Below are positions 1 to 12,100 of a DNA stretch of 38,953 bases, in pieces. Source of the DNA: Hydrurus foetidus (lineage: Eukaryota); the NCBI GenBank assembly GCA_900617105.1, contig UYFQ01000776.1:1-38953 (forward strand), in the 5' to 3' direction. Each line of letters starts with the position of its first letter. Position 1 is the stretch's first letter. Position numbers and translations under genes: made by a program. Under the pieces are notes generated by a model that was not told where the DNA came from, did not search any database, and saw only the letters and a program-made list of their open reading frames with translations.

Positions 1-156
1 GTATTGTTGATATTACCATTCTGTTATCTAGTTGGTGTGTCAGTGTTCTGTATAGTTCAGAAAGACTCATTGCATCATCTCTACTCCATGATTGATCTAC
101 AGTATTACTCTTCATGCATGCACGCACTCACGCCACACTGGGTACTCTGACTGTAG

Positions 157-335
157 GTAATGCCACTGCGAAGCTGTTGGTGCAAGGTAGCATGGTGACG
201 ATGGGGTTTCTCTCTCAGATGAGAGGATACGACATGGGATCGGACAGCAGCGTCATGCGCATCATCCTCTCACCCATGATCATCGCGGAGGCGTGCGTAC
301 AGGCGTACGTGGTTGCTGCCATGCTGAAGCAATAA
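157..335 (+). CDS. Probable terminal exon of a gene that starts left of the window; hydrophobic C-terminus, product unknown
   Basis: Acceptor-like CTGACTGTAG ends at 156, followed by open frame (G)NATAKLLVQGSMVTMGFLSQ...VVAAMLKQ to TAA at 333-335. Confidence 0.5.
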
Positions 336-1219
336 GCAGTAATCGTATGGCCCTCCCGTTGAAAACTCTACGTTATACCGGCTAACTTTCTGAACTGATG
401 ACATCGCATTCTGATGAATTATTTGTCCATCCGAATGTCTGTATGTCTTACGCAACCGCAACCGCCAAGTTGACTCGCCCTTCCCTGTTTGTCTAAGCCA
501 CGAATCCATCAACACCTGCTACTCCACTCATATTCACATCTTCAAGAATTATCCTGCTGTGCTCCCATCCACGATCTGATCTCAATTTCATTGCATGTGC
601 TATTTGTGTGCATGTCTGTATTCGACTTTGTCCTTGCCTTCGCCCTTGCCGTGTCGCCTCTACTTCTTTATTTGCACACGTCTCCGCGCCGCGTATCTCG
701 TCCTCTCTTATCTTGTCTTATCTCTGATCTTCCCTGACCCCTGTAATTCAATGACTTTACATGGGTTGACTCGACTTCTTACGATAGGACAGTCTATCTT
801 TTCACATTACACGGAGTGTCATGTGTATTGAGGGCGTCACTTACAATCCGTTTGGTGGCAGTAGTGAGCAGCTGTCTTTCATAAAGCAGACTTCCTCTCT
901 TTCTCATTCAGTGAAGTGAGAACGAAGGACTGCTAAGCATCGGTGATCAGACAGCCGTCTCCTCTGGTAAATTGGAAATATCCATAGACGGGAGGATTGC
1001 GGCGTACAGCTGAATGACCCGTTAACTTTTTTAATTAAGAGCAGTGACTGACATGAGAAACCATTCGAAGCGAATGCAGTGGGGTTTCAGAAGTTAAACC
1101 AGGTTACGGTGGAGTGCACAAAAGAGATAGAAGAGTGTGAGAAAAGTTGATTTAAATGTTTACAGTCAAGTCAATCAGCAGCCATGCGTCAAATATACAG
1201 AGAAGGTCTATCGCGATGT

Positions 1220-2413
1220 TTACACTAAGTTTTCGTCAGTGGTGACCTTGCGGTCTTCCACATCGAGATATTTCCTCATGCCCACTGCAGTTTTCAAGGA
1301 CCTCACTTGCAGACATTTGTTTCCTAGCTTCTTCGTTCCTTTCAACACCTTAGCAATGTCGTCTGCGTTGAGGTCTTCTCTGCAGTGCTGAAACTCCGGC
1401 ACCAGTCTGTCCAGCACAGCTATCACCTCGGGACTGTCGCTTGTCATGCCTGCGAAACCGAGCACAGCATTGCCGATGTGGCTTGCGCGGAATGATTTGG
1501 ATATGATGGACACTTTAGGGCCGAGGGCGTTCAGTGCAGCGATGACCTCTGGGCTGCTATTGGACATGTTCTGCAGGCCGCACAGGGCGTAACTCACTTG
1601 CTGCGGACTGAGAGGCTGCTTGCACTTCGCAATGCGTGGTATCAGAGATACCAACACGGCTAGAGACTGTGGGGAGTTGCTGTCCATCCCTTTCAACCCA
1701 TAGAAAGAGTTGCTCAAAGACTGCGCGTCGAATTGATTGCAGCACGCCGCGAGCATCTCATTCACCAATCCCATCATGTTGTTCGCCTGAACCTGAGACG
1801 ACCGATTGTGCTGCATTCCCAAAATAATCATGGCAATGTCCAATGATTTGGGCGGTATCTCTCTCTTTAATGTCTCAGTAGTCACTTTCACCATGTTCGC
1901 CAAGATACCAAGGGAATGTCTGTCTTTGTTTTTATCGAACTGTAGACCGTAGATAACGAATGCTATTTCTCTGTAAGACCATTGCTTCGTAGATAACTCA
2001 CTGATTCGCAGAGCAATAGCAGGCAAATGCAGTTTAATGAAGGTTTCTGGTTCTTTCTTCAATGTCTGCGCTGAACATCTCATGAAATTCGCCAAACGAG
2101 GAATATCAATATTAGCCAATTTTTCATCCAAGTAGGCGCTGGCTTTTTCGCGGGCTTTTGTTTCGACTTTAAAAAGCGCGTCAGTCTCAGCTTTCACTAT
2201 TTTGGCCTCTTCTTTGATAGGATCAAAGACCTTAACCTTGAGAGAGCTGCCATGGATTTTGATCCTAACTGGGGGTGGATTTACACCCGGTGGATAAACA
2301 CGAATTTTCTTGACATGCTTCGGTTTCTCTGCCTTCTTTGCTGGTGATAAATTACTAAAAAATGCTGTTCTAATCAATGTAGATTGCGATGGTTGGGCAG
2401 ATCGCCGTAGCAC
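1220..2413 (-). CDS. Alpha-helical repeat protein with ~40-aa repeats (OPR/HPR-like architecture); true start unresolved
   Basis: 397-aa ORF; four consecutive 40-aa units (PKSLDIAMIILGMQ..., FDAQSLSNSFYGLKGM..., LSPQQVSYALCGLQNM..., FRASHIGNAVLGFAGM...) plus degenerate flanking units. Listed start is GTG; frame stays open to ~2521 with no ATG. Confidence 0.75.
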   Translation of the reverse strand: MLRRSAQPSQSTLIRTAFFSNLSPAKKAEKPKHVKKIRVYPPGVNPPPVRIKIHGSSLKVKVFDPIKEEAKIVKAETDALFKVETKAREKASAYLDEKLANIDIPRLANFMRCSAQTLKKEPETFIKLHLPAIALRISELSTKQWSYREIAFVIYGLQFDKNKDRHSLGILANMVKVTTETLKREIPPKSLDIAMIILGMQHNRSSQVQANNMMGLVNEMLAACCNQFDAQSLSNSFYGLKGMDSNSPQSLAVLVSLIPRIAKCKQPLSPQQVSYALCGLQNMSNSSPEVIAALNALGPKVSIISKSFRASHIGNAVLGFAGMTSDSPEVIAVLDRLVPEFQHCREDLNADDIAKVLKGTKKLGNKCLQVRSLKTAVGMRKYLDVEDRKVTTDENLV

Positions 2414-3247
2414 ATTTGATGAAAGTCTGTTAAGCGAGGGAGTATTCGCCGAGATGGAAACTCCCGCTGTAACTAACGATGGCGATGAAGCGTGGACGAT
2501 GGTTATTCCCGAAAATAGCGATCAAAACCCAGCGGAATAAGACTTCTCGCCTCGGCAGCTGTCGCCGGATATCATCGAATCCGACACAATTATCATAGAA
2601 TCAAATCTCGGGATTTTGAGATCCGTGGAGTTTTATGCTGCTAAACTACTTTTCGACTAAAGAGTCGAGTCACAGATTCCAGCCATGACTACTCGTGGAC
2701 GGATGTCACGATGTCGTGGGATTCTCTGGATGTAAATGATTGAATGTTGCGCTGTAGCAGCTGCTGTAGGCTGTAGGGTAGTTAGCCATTGCTACGCAGA
2801 ATCAAAATACCAGTTATTTTGACCTCTGTCAAAAATGTACGAAAAAAGCTGTGTGTGCAAAATAGATTCTCCCGTTTAGTTTTGACCGGCACAATAGTGG
2901 AGGGGGGGACTTTCACAAAACTTTCTAAGTTTTGCAAAACTTTGTCAGCAACCTACGTTGAATCAAATTTGTGTTTGCAAACGATTATTCCTATCCTCAT
3001 TGCGGTTGGGTGTAGATAGTTGGGCCAAAAAAATTATAAATGGTCAACTTATACCATTTTCTCAGACTTTTTTAAAAATAAGATATTTTCAAAAAAAATT
3101 ACAGACGTCATGAACTTCACTTCGCTTTTGCATTCTTTCTTCTATTATCTTCACGTGTCAGAAGTGCAACATTACTATAACTATTACAGGGAAGTGCAGA
3201 GAAATCCCCATTACCATGCATCTGAAGAAATTCTGTATCCGCTTGGG

Positions 3248-4010
3248 TCACGAAACCGCTCTTAGTTTTCGTACTTTTTTAGAGCCTGAAATTAAATCGC
3301 ATTCAGCGTCTTTTTCGTTGTCGTTTTCATTTTCGTCCTCATCTTCATCGCTATCATTATTATCATGATTGTCACCATTGTAGCCTTCATCGACCCTCAA
3401 GGCCATCTCTAGCTTGGCGTCGGTGAGTTCCTCTCTCTCCCTCTCTCCGCAACAACAACCGGTTATTTTTGCGGAGAGAGGAAGAGAGGAACTCACCGAC
3501 GCCAAGCCAGAGATGGCCTAGAGGGTCGATGAAGGCTACACCATTATATTCAGTCTCGGCCCCAAGTTAAACGTTCTCATATACATTCATCTCCTCGTCA
3601 TCGATAATACCTGGTAATGCGTCATTATCTCTTGCCTCACCATCAGCATCTTGCACGTCTACAATCTTTGCTTTCTTACCTCTATTTGCCTTCGCTATTA
3701 TAGTAAATGATTTATTCTTCCATCCTTTGCTACGGCCAACATCGCATAATGGATATTGGTTGATAACTGTAGGTTTGCCCGAATCCTCTCCACAGTAACA
3801 CACACCTAATAAATACTAGGTGTGTGATGGTTTAATAAATACACCTACAGGAGTATCAATAAGTTAGAGTTGTGCATTGTAAAGATTCAATAATATTTGT
3901 AATAATTGATTTATATTGAGTTAGGTACAAACCTTCTCGTCGACGGGGTATAAACAAATCAATGCGAGATTTCCACTATACGTGGCACAGTATGGTCTAG
4001 ATACGTCTTT
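3248..4010 (-). pseudogene. Decayed C-terminal fragment of a Cys-motif/acidic-tail protein, probably transposon-derived
   Basis: Fragments LICLYPVDEK / CYCGEDS...YPLCDVGRSKGWK / acidic tail; an in-frame TAA at 3567-3569 and a palindromic insertion at 3380-3539 break the frame; lies in an AT-rich island (~2780-4900). Confidence 0.45.
3380..3539. mobile_element. 160-bp fold-back (MITE-like) insertion with 6-bp target-site duplication ACCATT
   Basis: Arms ~3380-3452 and ~3469-3539 are reverse complements (2 substitutions plus a small indel); ACCATT at 3374-3379 and 3540-3545. Confidence 0.85.
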
Positions 4011-6170
4011 GTCGAAAGCAATTAATGAAGCCATTTCAGAAAAGTCTGTTCCACAAATGTAATTTAATTGCTGGGTCTCGCAAGCTTGGGGATTCGAAAA
4101 AAAGGTCCAAGTTCTGAATTCAGTCGGAAAAAGGTCTAGGGTCCAGGTGCGTGAAATAGTGAAGAAATCATAGTGATCTCTAAATACGCTCAGAATCCTC
4201 ATAGGAGTCATATTCGAAGAGAAAAATCGAAAAATCTGTAGCTAAATGGGCTCTTTGAACTAACGGTGCTCCTGTGGTCGGCTAAAAAGTGGCAGAAATT
4301 GATATTTACCAGTGGAAACTAGCTAAAAATAATTTTGTTTACTTATTATTCATAAAAACATTCAACGCGTAGCCAAACACCGTGGTATAGTGGTCATGCG
4401 CTTGGGTCCCGGCAGTTGTGGAAGGGGATGAAACCCATCTCAGGACTCCTCTGTCATGGGAAAGGAAGTTTTGCCCCTATGAAAAAAAACTGCCTTTTGC
4501 ACGTGGGGGGGGAGGAGGGGGGGGAAGACATGATTATTTTATCCCATACTCCGCTGCCCAGTGTGATGTACGATTATTTGCACGCACGGGCACGGGTGCA
4601 CGGTGCATGGACCTTCTAAGTTCTAAGATGCTACCGTACGCTTTACCCAACGCATTTTTTTGGAATAATTTTATACGACTCAAATATAAAGAACAACTTT
4701 AAAAAAGAATCAAAACTTTTTCCGACGAATCGAAGACTTTAAGTGGAGAATCAAGGGGGGGGAAATCATTTTTTTCATCCGGTTCAGTTAGGGTGAGAAA
4801 GGCTGGTGGGAGGGGGGGTCGGGTTGTTTTACTCGAAAAGGGGCCACATTCAGCGATAACATTGACCGCAACCCTGACACTCATGTTATGCTACCTAGAT
4901 GTAATCGACAGCAGCATGTCACTGTCGTTTAATCCAACTTACCGAATAGAACTTTGTCTTCTCTTTTGAAGACAGCGTTGCTAGAAGTCGGAAGTGCAGG
5001 GATCGATTGGGATACCGGAGAAAATTCCGTGTAAATCTCCTAGATTTCCAACACACACAGGCACCGACAGGCTGGTGGTCAGCGGTTGATCGAGATCGTG
5101 GTCAGATTCCAAATTTCAGAGGATGCTGATTCCAGTTGCTCAGTGTTTCTCTTCAATAGTTTCATAAATTAAAACTTTGAAATCTGCCTCGAGAAACGTG
5201 TTGGCATGACCTCTTAGTAGCCCTTCCTGAATCCGTGTAGATTAGATAGATGTGACGTCGCTGCAAATGCAATTTACCTTGTGCGGAATCTTGACTGTTA
5301 GAATGTCCTCTAGATAAAAATGACAGATTTCAAATCGAATGTTTAGTTTTATTTATTGCACAGAGCACTCAAATACAGGCTTTAATCGGCAGGCAGTGGA
5401 ATCCAATCCCGTCGAATAAAGTCTTCCAACAAAGAGAATGCATGCAGTCCATGGAGAGGGCGAGTTCCATTCCAAGAGTCGTGATGCAATGCAATGCAAT
5501 GGAGGGAAACAGAAGGGAAGGAAAGGTAGGAAAGGGAGAGAGGGAAAGGGAGGGGAGAGGGATACAGTCACAGGGCAGAACAGGATGCACAGATGGACGT
5601 TGTATGGATGGTGAATTGAATAAATAATGGGCGGTTACGAGCTATTAGATTCAGCCTTCACATTGTGGGTCGGTGGCGGTACGTACGTACGTACAGTCAG
5701 ATCCAATACTCTCTGGTCACTCGTCAACTACTACTATGGTCAAAGATAGCGCTTTCTCTCAAGACATATTAATCTAAGTCGCGCTCTCTATTACATCGTG
5801 TGGTGTCACGGTGATATAGGAAGTATGGTTTATGTATATGTGTCGAATTGCGTATGTACAGCTCTTAACTTTGTCGGAATGATCACTATCATTACTACGT
5901 GCTACCATATCTCTTTTGAATCTAGTCGATTCTATTCTAGTCGATTTCATAGGCGTCACGAATTCTTTCTCCTCTGCGATGGATGTGGTGAGGGACAAGG
6001 AGAAGGAGAGGATCAAGTTTGAGATGTCAGCTGGTAGCTGTCACTCAGTACTCCAATCTGATCGTATCTGATCCCATCTAATCCCATCCTGTTAATATTT
6101 ACCCGGACTGACTGATGCAGTCTATCAATGCGTCAAATAATGATGTCTTTCTCTATATCTCCTCTCTTTT

Positions 6171-9100
6171 CTAGTCGGTGTCTTGCAGTGCTTTGAGCAG
6201 TGCTGCTTTATCAGAGGCAGACAGGGACGACACTGCGACCTTGACTGCGTCAGCACTGGATGCAATGGAAGCCAGCTCTGTCAAGTGCTCTTTCATGCGC
6301 ATGGCGATGATCTCTGCCCTCTTGGAAGCCACATAGGCGGAGAGAGCTTTCTTGTTGGCTGGTACTTCAAACCAAGACACAACCGCCCTGTCGTCCTCCC
6401 ACAGATCAGTCTCAGAAGTTTTCTGATGGATCAAAATGACGTCGATGGATAGATGGATGAGTGGGGGAAACACAACAATAAGACAGTGGATAGTAGGAGT
6501 GATGGTAATCAGGGAGGAGGAGGAGGAGAAGGAGTGAGCAGGCTTCCCTTCCCTTCCCTACTCTACTCTACTCTACAAAGCATCATATTAAATCATACAG
6601 TCCATGTCCCCCTCCTTGGGAGTGAAGATAAGATATAGATGTAAGTGTGAGAATGCTCCCCACTCTTCTCCCATACTTCTCTGCCCTCCCTCTCCTCTCT
6701 CCCTTTGTCTCGTCCCTTCCTCCTCTCTCCTCCCCTTCCTTTCTCTCCTTCTCTCTTTCTTACCTGTGTGAACCAGGCCCCAAGATTCTCTATAATTTCC
6801 TTTCTCCATCCAGCTGACGCAGCACCAGTGCTTTGTAGTACAGTAGGTGAGAGCGATGATATGTTAGTTATGGTACAATGCTGCACAGTACAGTGGTGGA
6901 GATTTAATACGTGTTACGGTGCGGTAGGCATTGACATAGATGACACGATTATTTGAGAGAAGCGATGAGATAGGGGAGGTAACATATGAGTGACGAAAGT
7001 TACGCGGTCATAACTTTGAACCAAAGACGATGGTTGGTGATTCCATCAAGTGCATTATGACCGACAGACAGATGAAGAGATTTAGCGGATAACTCAGCAT
7101 AGTATGGCATTGCGCTTGATGTGTACACCATCTATGCCTCTCTCCCTCCCCCATTCCCTTTCCTCACCTGACAGTCGGCTTAAGTGAGTTGGCAATGTCG
7201 AATTCGAGCAACCTCCTCTTTAGCCTCCAGAAGAAAAAGTTTCTGCTCTCCGCCCACTGCACTTGGCGTCTGATCACGCCTGATGAATATCACGAAGTGA
7301 GGCAGAAAGCGACAGTGAGTGAGTGAGACAGTGAGTGCGGAACTTAGTTAGTGCAGTTGAAAACGCATTTGAGGTGCAAAACAGCGTAAGAGATGTCTGG
7401 AGGTACAAGGTGAAGAGGGAAGGGGAGGGAGATTTAGTGCGGTCCTACAATGTAGTACAGCTCGTCCCGCACACGTATGCGAATGATGTGCGTATGATAA
7501 TATGGCTGGGTGTGACATGTGAGGAAAAGGAGAGGAAGAGGAGATAGAAATGAAGCAGAATAAATGACATCGGTACCTTTTGCCTTCATTCTTCCGGGTG
7601 TGTCGTGGAGGTCTGCAAAGTGCACTGCCACTTGTTGGAACACACCGAATAGTGCCTTCTCTCTCTGCTTAATCTGTAGTAGTGTAGTGTAGTGTGATGA
7701 GGTGTGGTGTGATGAAGTGTAATGCAGTGTGGAGGTGTGGTAAGGAGTGAAAATTTGTCGGATCATGAGAGAAGGAAGAATGTGAAAGCAGCAATGGGTC
7801 GGTATAGTGATCGGAGGGGAGGCGAGGGAAGGAGATGGGATGGATTTACGGAGTGTGCAGTTCATCTCGTTAGAATTGTTGCGAGCAAGTTGCAGCAACT
7901 TATGGAAGAGCTACAAGCGATGAAATATATGATTTAGATAAAAAGAAGAGTCGCGACACCTAGATGATCATCGCTACGTCATGCATTGACAGTAAGTAGC
8001 ATAGAGTAGAGTAGTGTTGAGTAGAGTAGAAAAGAGAGTATTCAAAAAACGACAGGGTGCATCGTCGTTCTGCCTGATAGATAATAATCCCATCCCATCA
8101 CATCACATCACACCACATCACATCACATCACATCACATTAAATCAAAGAGTTGTGTAGAGTGCAGTTGAGTGGAGTAGTCATTATCTTTGCAGTGAAATT
8201 GGTTACCTGTTTGCTGATAGCTGCACATGCTGCTACGTCGCCCTTGGCATCGGACAGTTTCTTGTCCAAAGCAATCAGTCCAGCGTCAATACGATGGGCT
8301 GGACAATCGAAGAAAAAGAGGAAGAAAAGAAAAGGAATGAAAAAATGGAAGAAGAAGAAAAGGGGTGGAAAAAATGAGAAGAGTAGAGGGGAGTGTAATA
8401 TGGAGAATAAAGATGGAATGAAGTAGAGAAGCGAGAGGAGAGGATACAAGAGAAAAGGCACGGAATACATGTGGAGGATAGATTTGCGGTGACGGAAAGG
8501 ATGTCACATGCTGCGACATGATTTGGCTGAACAGCATTGACTATCAAGAAAGAGTTCTTTACAATGGTAATGAATGCGTTACATCCCTCTGCCAGGAGAG
8601 TCGATGGATCATTCATTCACTGATTCACTGACCTGTGGCTTGAATGTCTCTGTCTCTGAACTTGATGCTTGCGGCACCCGCTGGCTCGAGCACTCCTCCT
8701 CTCGAGTCCTACATTGCAGTCAAGACATGAAAAGGTAGTGTAGTGAGATGTAGTGTAATACTCGCATGGTATCAAATATTCAGACAAGAACAATAATGAA
8801 GCAGGCTAGTGCGACACTCATATGTAGAATTGGAGATGAAGACAAGAAGGGGGAATGAGACTAATTAGACTGGTTCTCTATTGAAGGTGAAGAGCACACG
8901 TGAGTCACCTCTGCTGCGTAGAACTCCATGACGTCAGCGTTAATCGTGCTGTCCACCACCACCCAGGCCCCTCCTCTCAACTCAGCGAATGGGGGGATGT
9001 ACACGAACAAAGGTTGTTGGTACGCCACAAGGGCATCTACAATCATGCTGCCGAATTTAAGGACTTCATCGAACATATCACGCTGACCGCCTGGGGAACG

Positions 9101-12100
9101 GAGGTAGAGAGATGGAAGTACAGTGGAATTGTGGTGAGGTGTTTGATGATTAGATGACAGAGTGTCAAGGTGGTTATGCGTCATGGGTCGTTACTGTATT
9201 GTATTCCTTTGCAGTGCATTCCATTGGATTGTACTGCACTGCACTGCAATGTACTGCAATTTATTACGCTGTTCAGCGCTGTGCTGTACTACAAATTATT
9301 GCGCTGCAGTGGACTGCATTGTACTGTATTACACTTCACTTCACTGCACTGCACTGCACTATTATTATACTGTACGGACCTGAAAATCCTCTCCAGTTGG
9401 CGAATATGATGCACGGCAGCCCTTCTCTGTTGAAGTCTCGTAAAGCCTGATAGTCGTCCAGTGCAGTAGAAAGAAGGGTCAGAGGTAATGGGAAGATATC
9501 ACACGACATGCACATATCATACGAAGTTGAAGATGAAGGACGAGGAGCAATTCTGTAAAGAGCAGAAGAAAAAAGTAAGGAGGAGGGGAAGGATGGTAAT
9601 AACGTAACATACCTGTGCGGTCTTGTACGCACTATCAGGAAACCACACTCCACCCGCCTGCTGCACCATCTTCTCCTGGGAGCTCAGATCGGCTGGATCA
9701 GCAGGCTTGAGCGCTTCAGCTGTACGGTTCTCCGTGACAATTACACCCATAGGGATGCCCCCTAACCGTCCCCTGCCCATGACCACTGTCTTGGCCCACC
9801 CTCCAAGGGCCTCCACGAAAGAGTCTTTATCGAAAAATCCGGACTGCCATGACTGCTCTGTTGTGATGCCATTGAAGAGCAGACGGGGGTCGTAAGTGAG
9901 ACCCTTGGGTGGGGTGTATTCTATCAGCCTGTCGATTGAATCATATCCGGAGATGTCCCTCAGAGAAAGGGGACCGTTCTTCTTGGAAGGCACAAACGAC
10001 AGCCAGTTGAGTGCCTTTGCGACACTCTCCATGTGCGTATCCGCCAGCAAGTGGGAGACACCGTTGGGGAACATGATCATTGGGCCGCCTAGCTGGTCGT
10101 TTGTAGTGTAGATCTCCCGACCCATCAGTTTGTTGAGTGCCTGTCAAAGAGAGGAGTTAGGGAGTGAAGTATTAGAATAATATAGTGCTAGTAGAGGGAT
10201 TAGTAATTGGAATAGCGTGTATTGAATAATCTAGACAAGCTATAGAGGAGAGAGAGAAATAGAGACATCGAGAGAAAAAGTGTAGAAAGAGGAAGAGAGA
10301 GAATTTTTTAGAAGGACAGTTACAATTCTCAAGACTTGATAATCTTAGTTTGAAGGAGATAAAAGGGACGGTGTCTGGGTGGCACAAGCAGTGACGTGGC
10401 AGACAGACAGTACCTGGTATCCCGTGAGGATGATGGGACTGCTGCGTGTCTTCTGGATCGTCCTCTGTCCCAACCTCACCAAGTACGCACCGATACCCAC
10501 TGTTCTGCCCACTACCATTGTGAGGGTGAAGATCTCATCGTAGGCACGTGCTGTTTCGCCTGCAATCAGACCCGATCCCATCAAATTCTCCACACCCAAG
10601 TCAGGTTCCTGGAGGATCGGAAAACAGAGGTAAAGGATACGATGAAAAGGGGTGGAATAGTTGGGTAATAGTTGGATTTGAAATAAGTGTTGGCATCAGT
10701 GCATGTAGGGCATCTGTGTCATAGGAGGGAGAAGCAGAACCGCAGTATTCACACGTTTTGTGTGATGTGCGTGTGTGCGTACCTCGCCAATGATGTCTGT
10801 GATCATGAATCTCTCTTCTTTGCCCGCCATGATAGGCGCGCAGAACACGGGCATCTTGTCCATGTTTCCCTGGTACTTGGCGTGCAGTTCGGAATAGTCA
10901 AGCTTGGAGAGGTAAATGTACTTGAAGCCCTTGGAGGGATCTTTCTCGTCAGACCAACACACTTGAAACAAACTCTTCAAGCTCTGGGCCATGCCAATAC
11001 GGGCACCAGAGTTGGCTGCTAGGAAGAAGCGAGGAAGACCTCTGACACGTGCGTACTCAGAGGCCTTGAAGAACACGATGTCTTCTTTCGTTCCGAAACT
11101 GCCTGCCTGGTGGGTGATGTCGTTGCAGATGAGGACAACTTCTCTGCCACTGGGGCACTCGGGTGTGCTCAGTTTAGCCAGCCAGGCGACCATGCCAACA
11201 TCGTTCAGTCCGGCATCTCTCGTAACAGGGATTATATCGCCCTTAGTTGCATCTGCGAATGTCCATCCAGCAGCGAGCGGAGCTCCTGTGGAAGGATTGT
11301 GGATCACAAGTTCCTGACAGGAGAACACTTGTAAGGGAGCTTTAATGCACTTTCCGTTACTCTCCTTGGAGAATGCTTCCCACTGCTTCTCCACTGCTGA
11401 CTCGAAGAGCATGGGCCAGTCGTACACATAGAGAGTGTCTGATGACGCCATCGCCTCCGCTCTCTGTCTCTCAAACTTCTGGGATATCTCATATGGTATC
11501 TGCGTGTCCAGTCCTTCCAATGGACCGAGGACTGTGGGTGCGTCAGCTCCCACTCCGCCCCCAATGGTCTTGAAGACTCTCCGACCTGTGCCGCTTGTCG
11601 CTTCGAAGTACCTGTCCACTTTAAGAACGAACCCTGTGGGGTTTGAGGCCACCAGTCGGATGAACAAGGGTTCCGCTCCAACCACGAGGCGGCAACTGAT
11701 CTTCATCTCGACAGTGGTGACAGCGAGACGCACCATCTTGTACCAATACTTGGTGCAGATGCGCTTGAGTTCCTTGTCGAAGTAATCCGTCTGCACTACC
11801 GTGTCGGGGGCGACTATGTTAAGGAAAACATGATTCGCTGCACTTGCCTTGACGGCCTGTCCACTGGCCTCCCTCTGTCCGATCACAAGACTCAAATTGT
11901 CAATGGCCTCTACAAAGAGACTCTCAGCATCGCTGCTGTTGATGTCTGAGAAACTCACTAGGCGGGAGAAGAATCTCTCCGGCCCCTTGTTATCCATCGG
12001 CTTTGCCTTGTATAGAAACACGTTGCCTGAGGAGGTCTGCATCGTGTCCAATGTCACGTTGAAGTTCTTCAGTCTGTTGAGCTCCAGGTGGAAGGCGTGT

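Noticed and set aside
4376..4430. tRNA gene starting near GTGGTATAGTGGTC
   Set aside because: A-box only; no B-box or cloverleaf follows.
2775..4897. Terminal inverted repeats GGTAG...CTACC bounding the AT-rich island
   Set aside because: Only 5 bp match; not distinguishable from chance.
5353..5627. Short ORFs in purine/pyrimidine-skewed tracts (also 6453-6956, 8138-8616, 9154-9409, 23397-23737)
   Set aside because: Products of microsatellite or low-complexity intron-like sequence.
6593..6620. Extra ACC micro-exon (AG|GAGGGGGACATGGACT|GT)
   Set aside because: WFTQ joins [11 protein letters not shown] in phase 0 without it.
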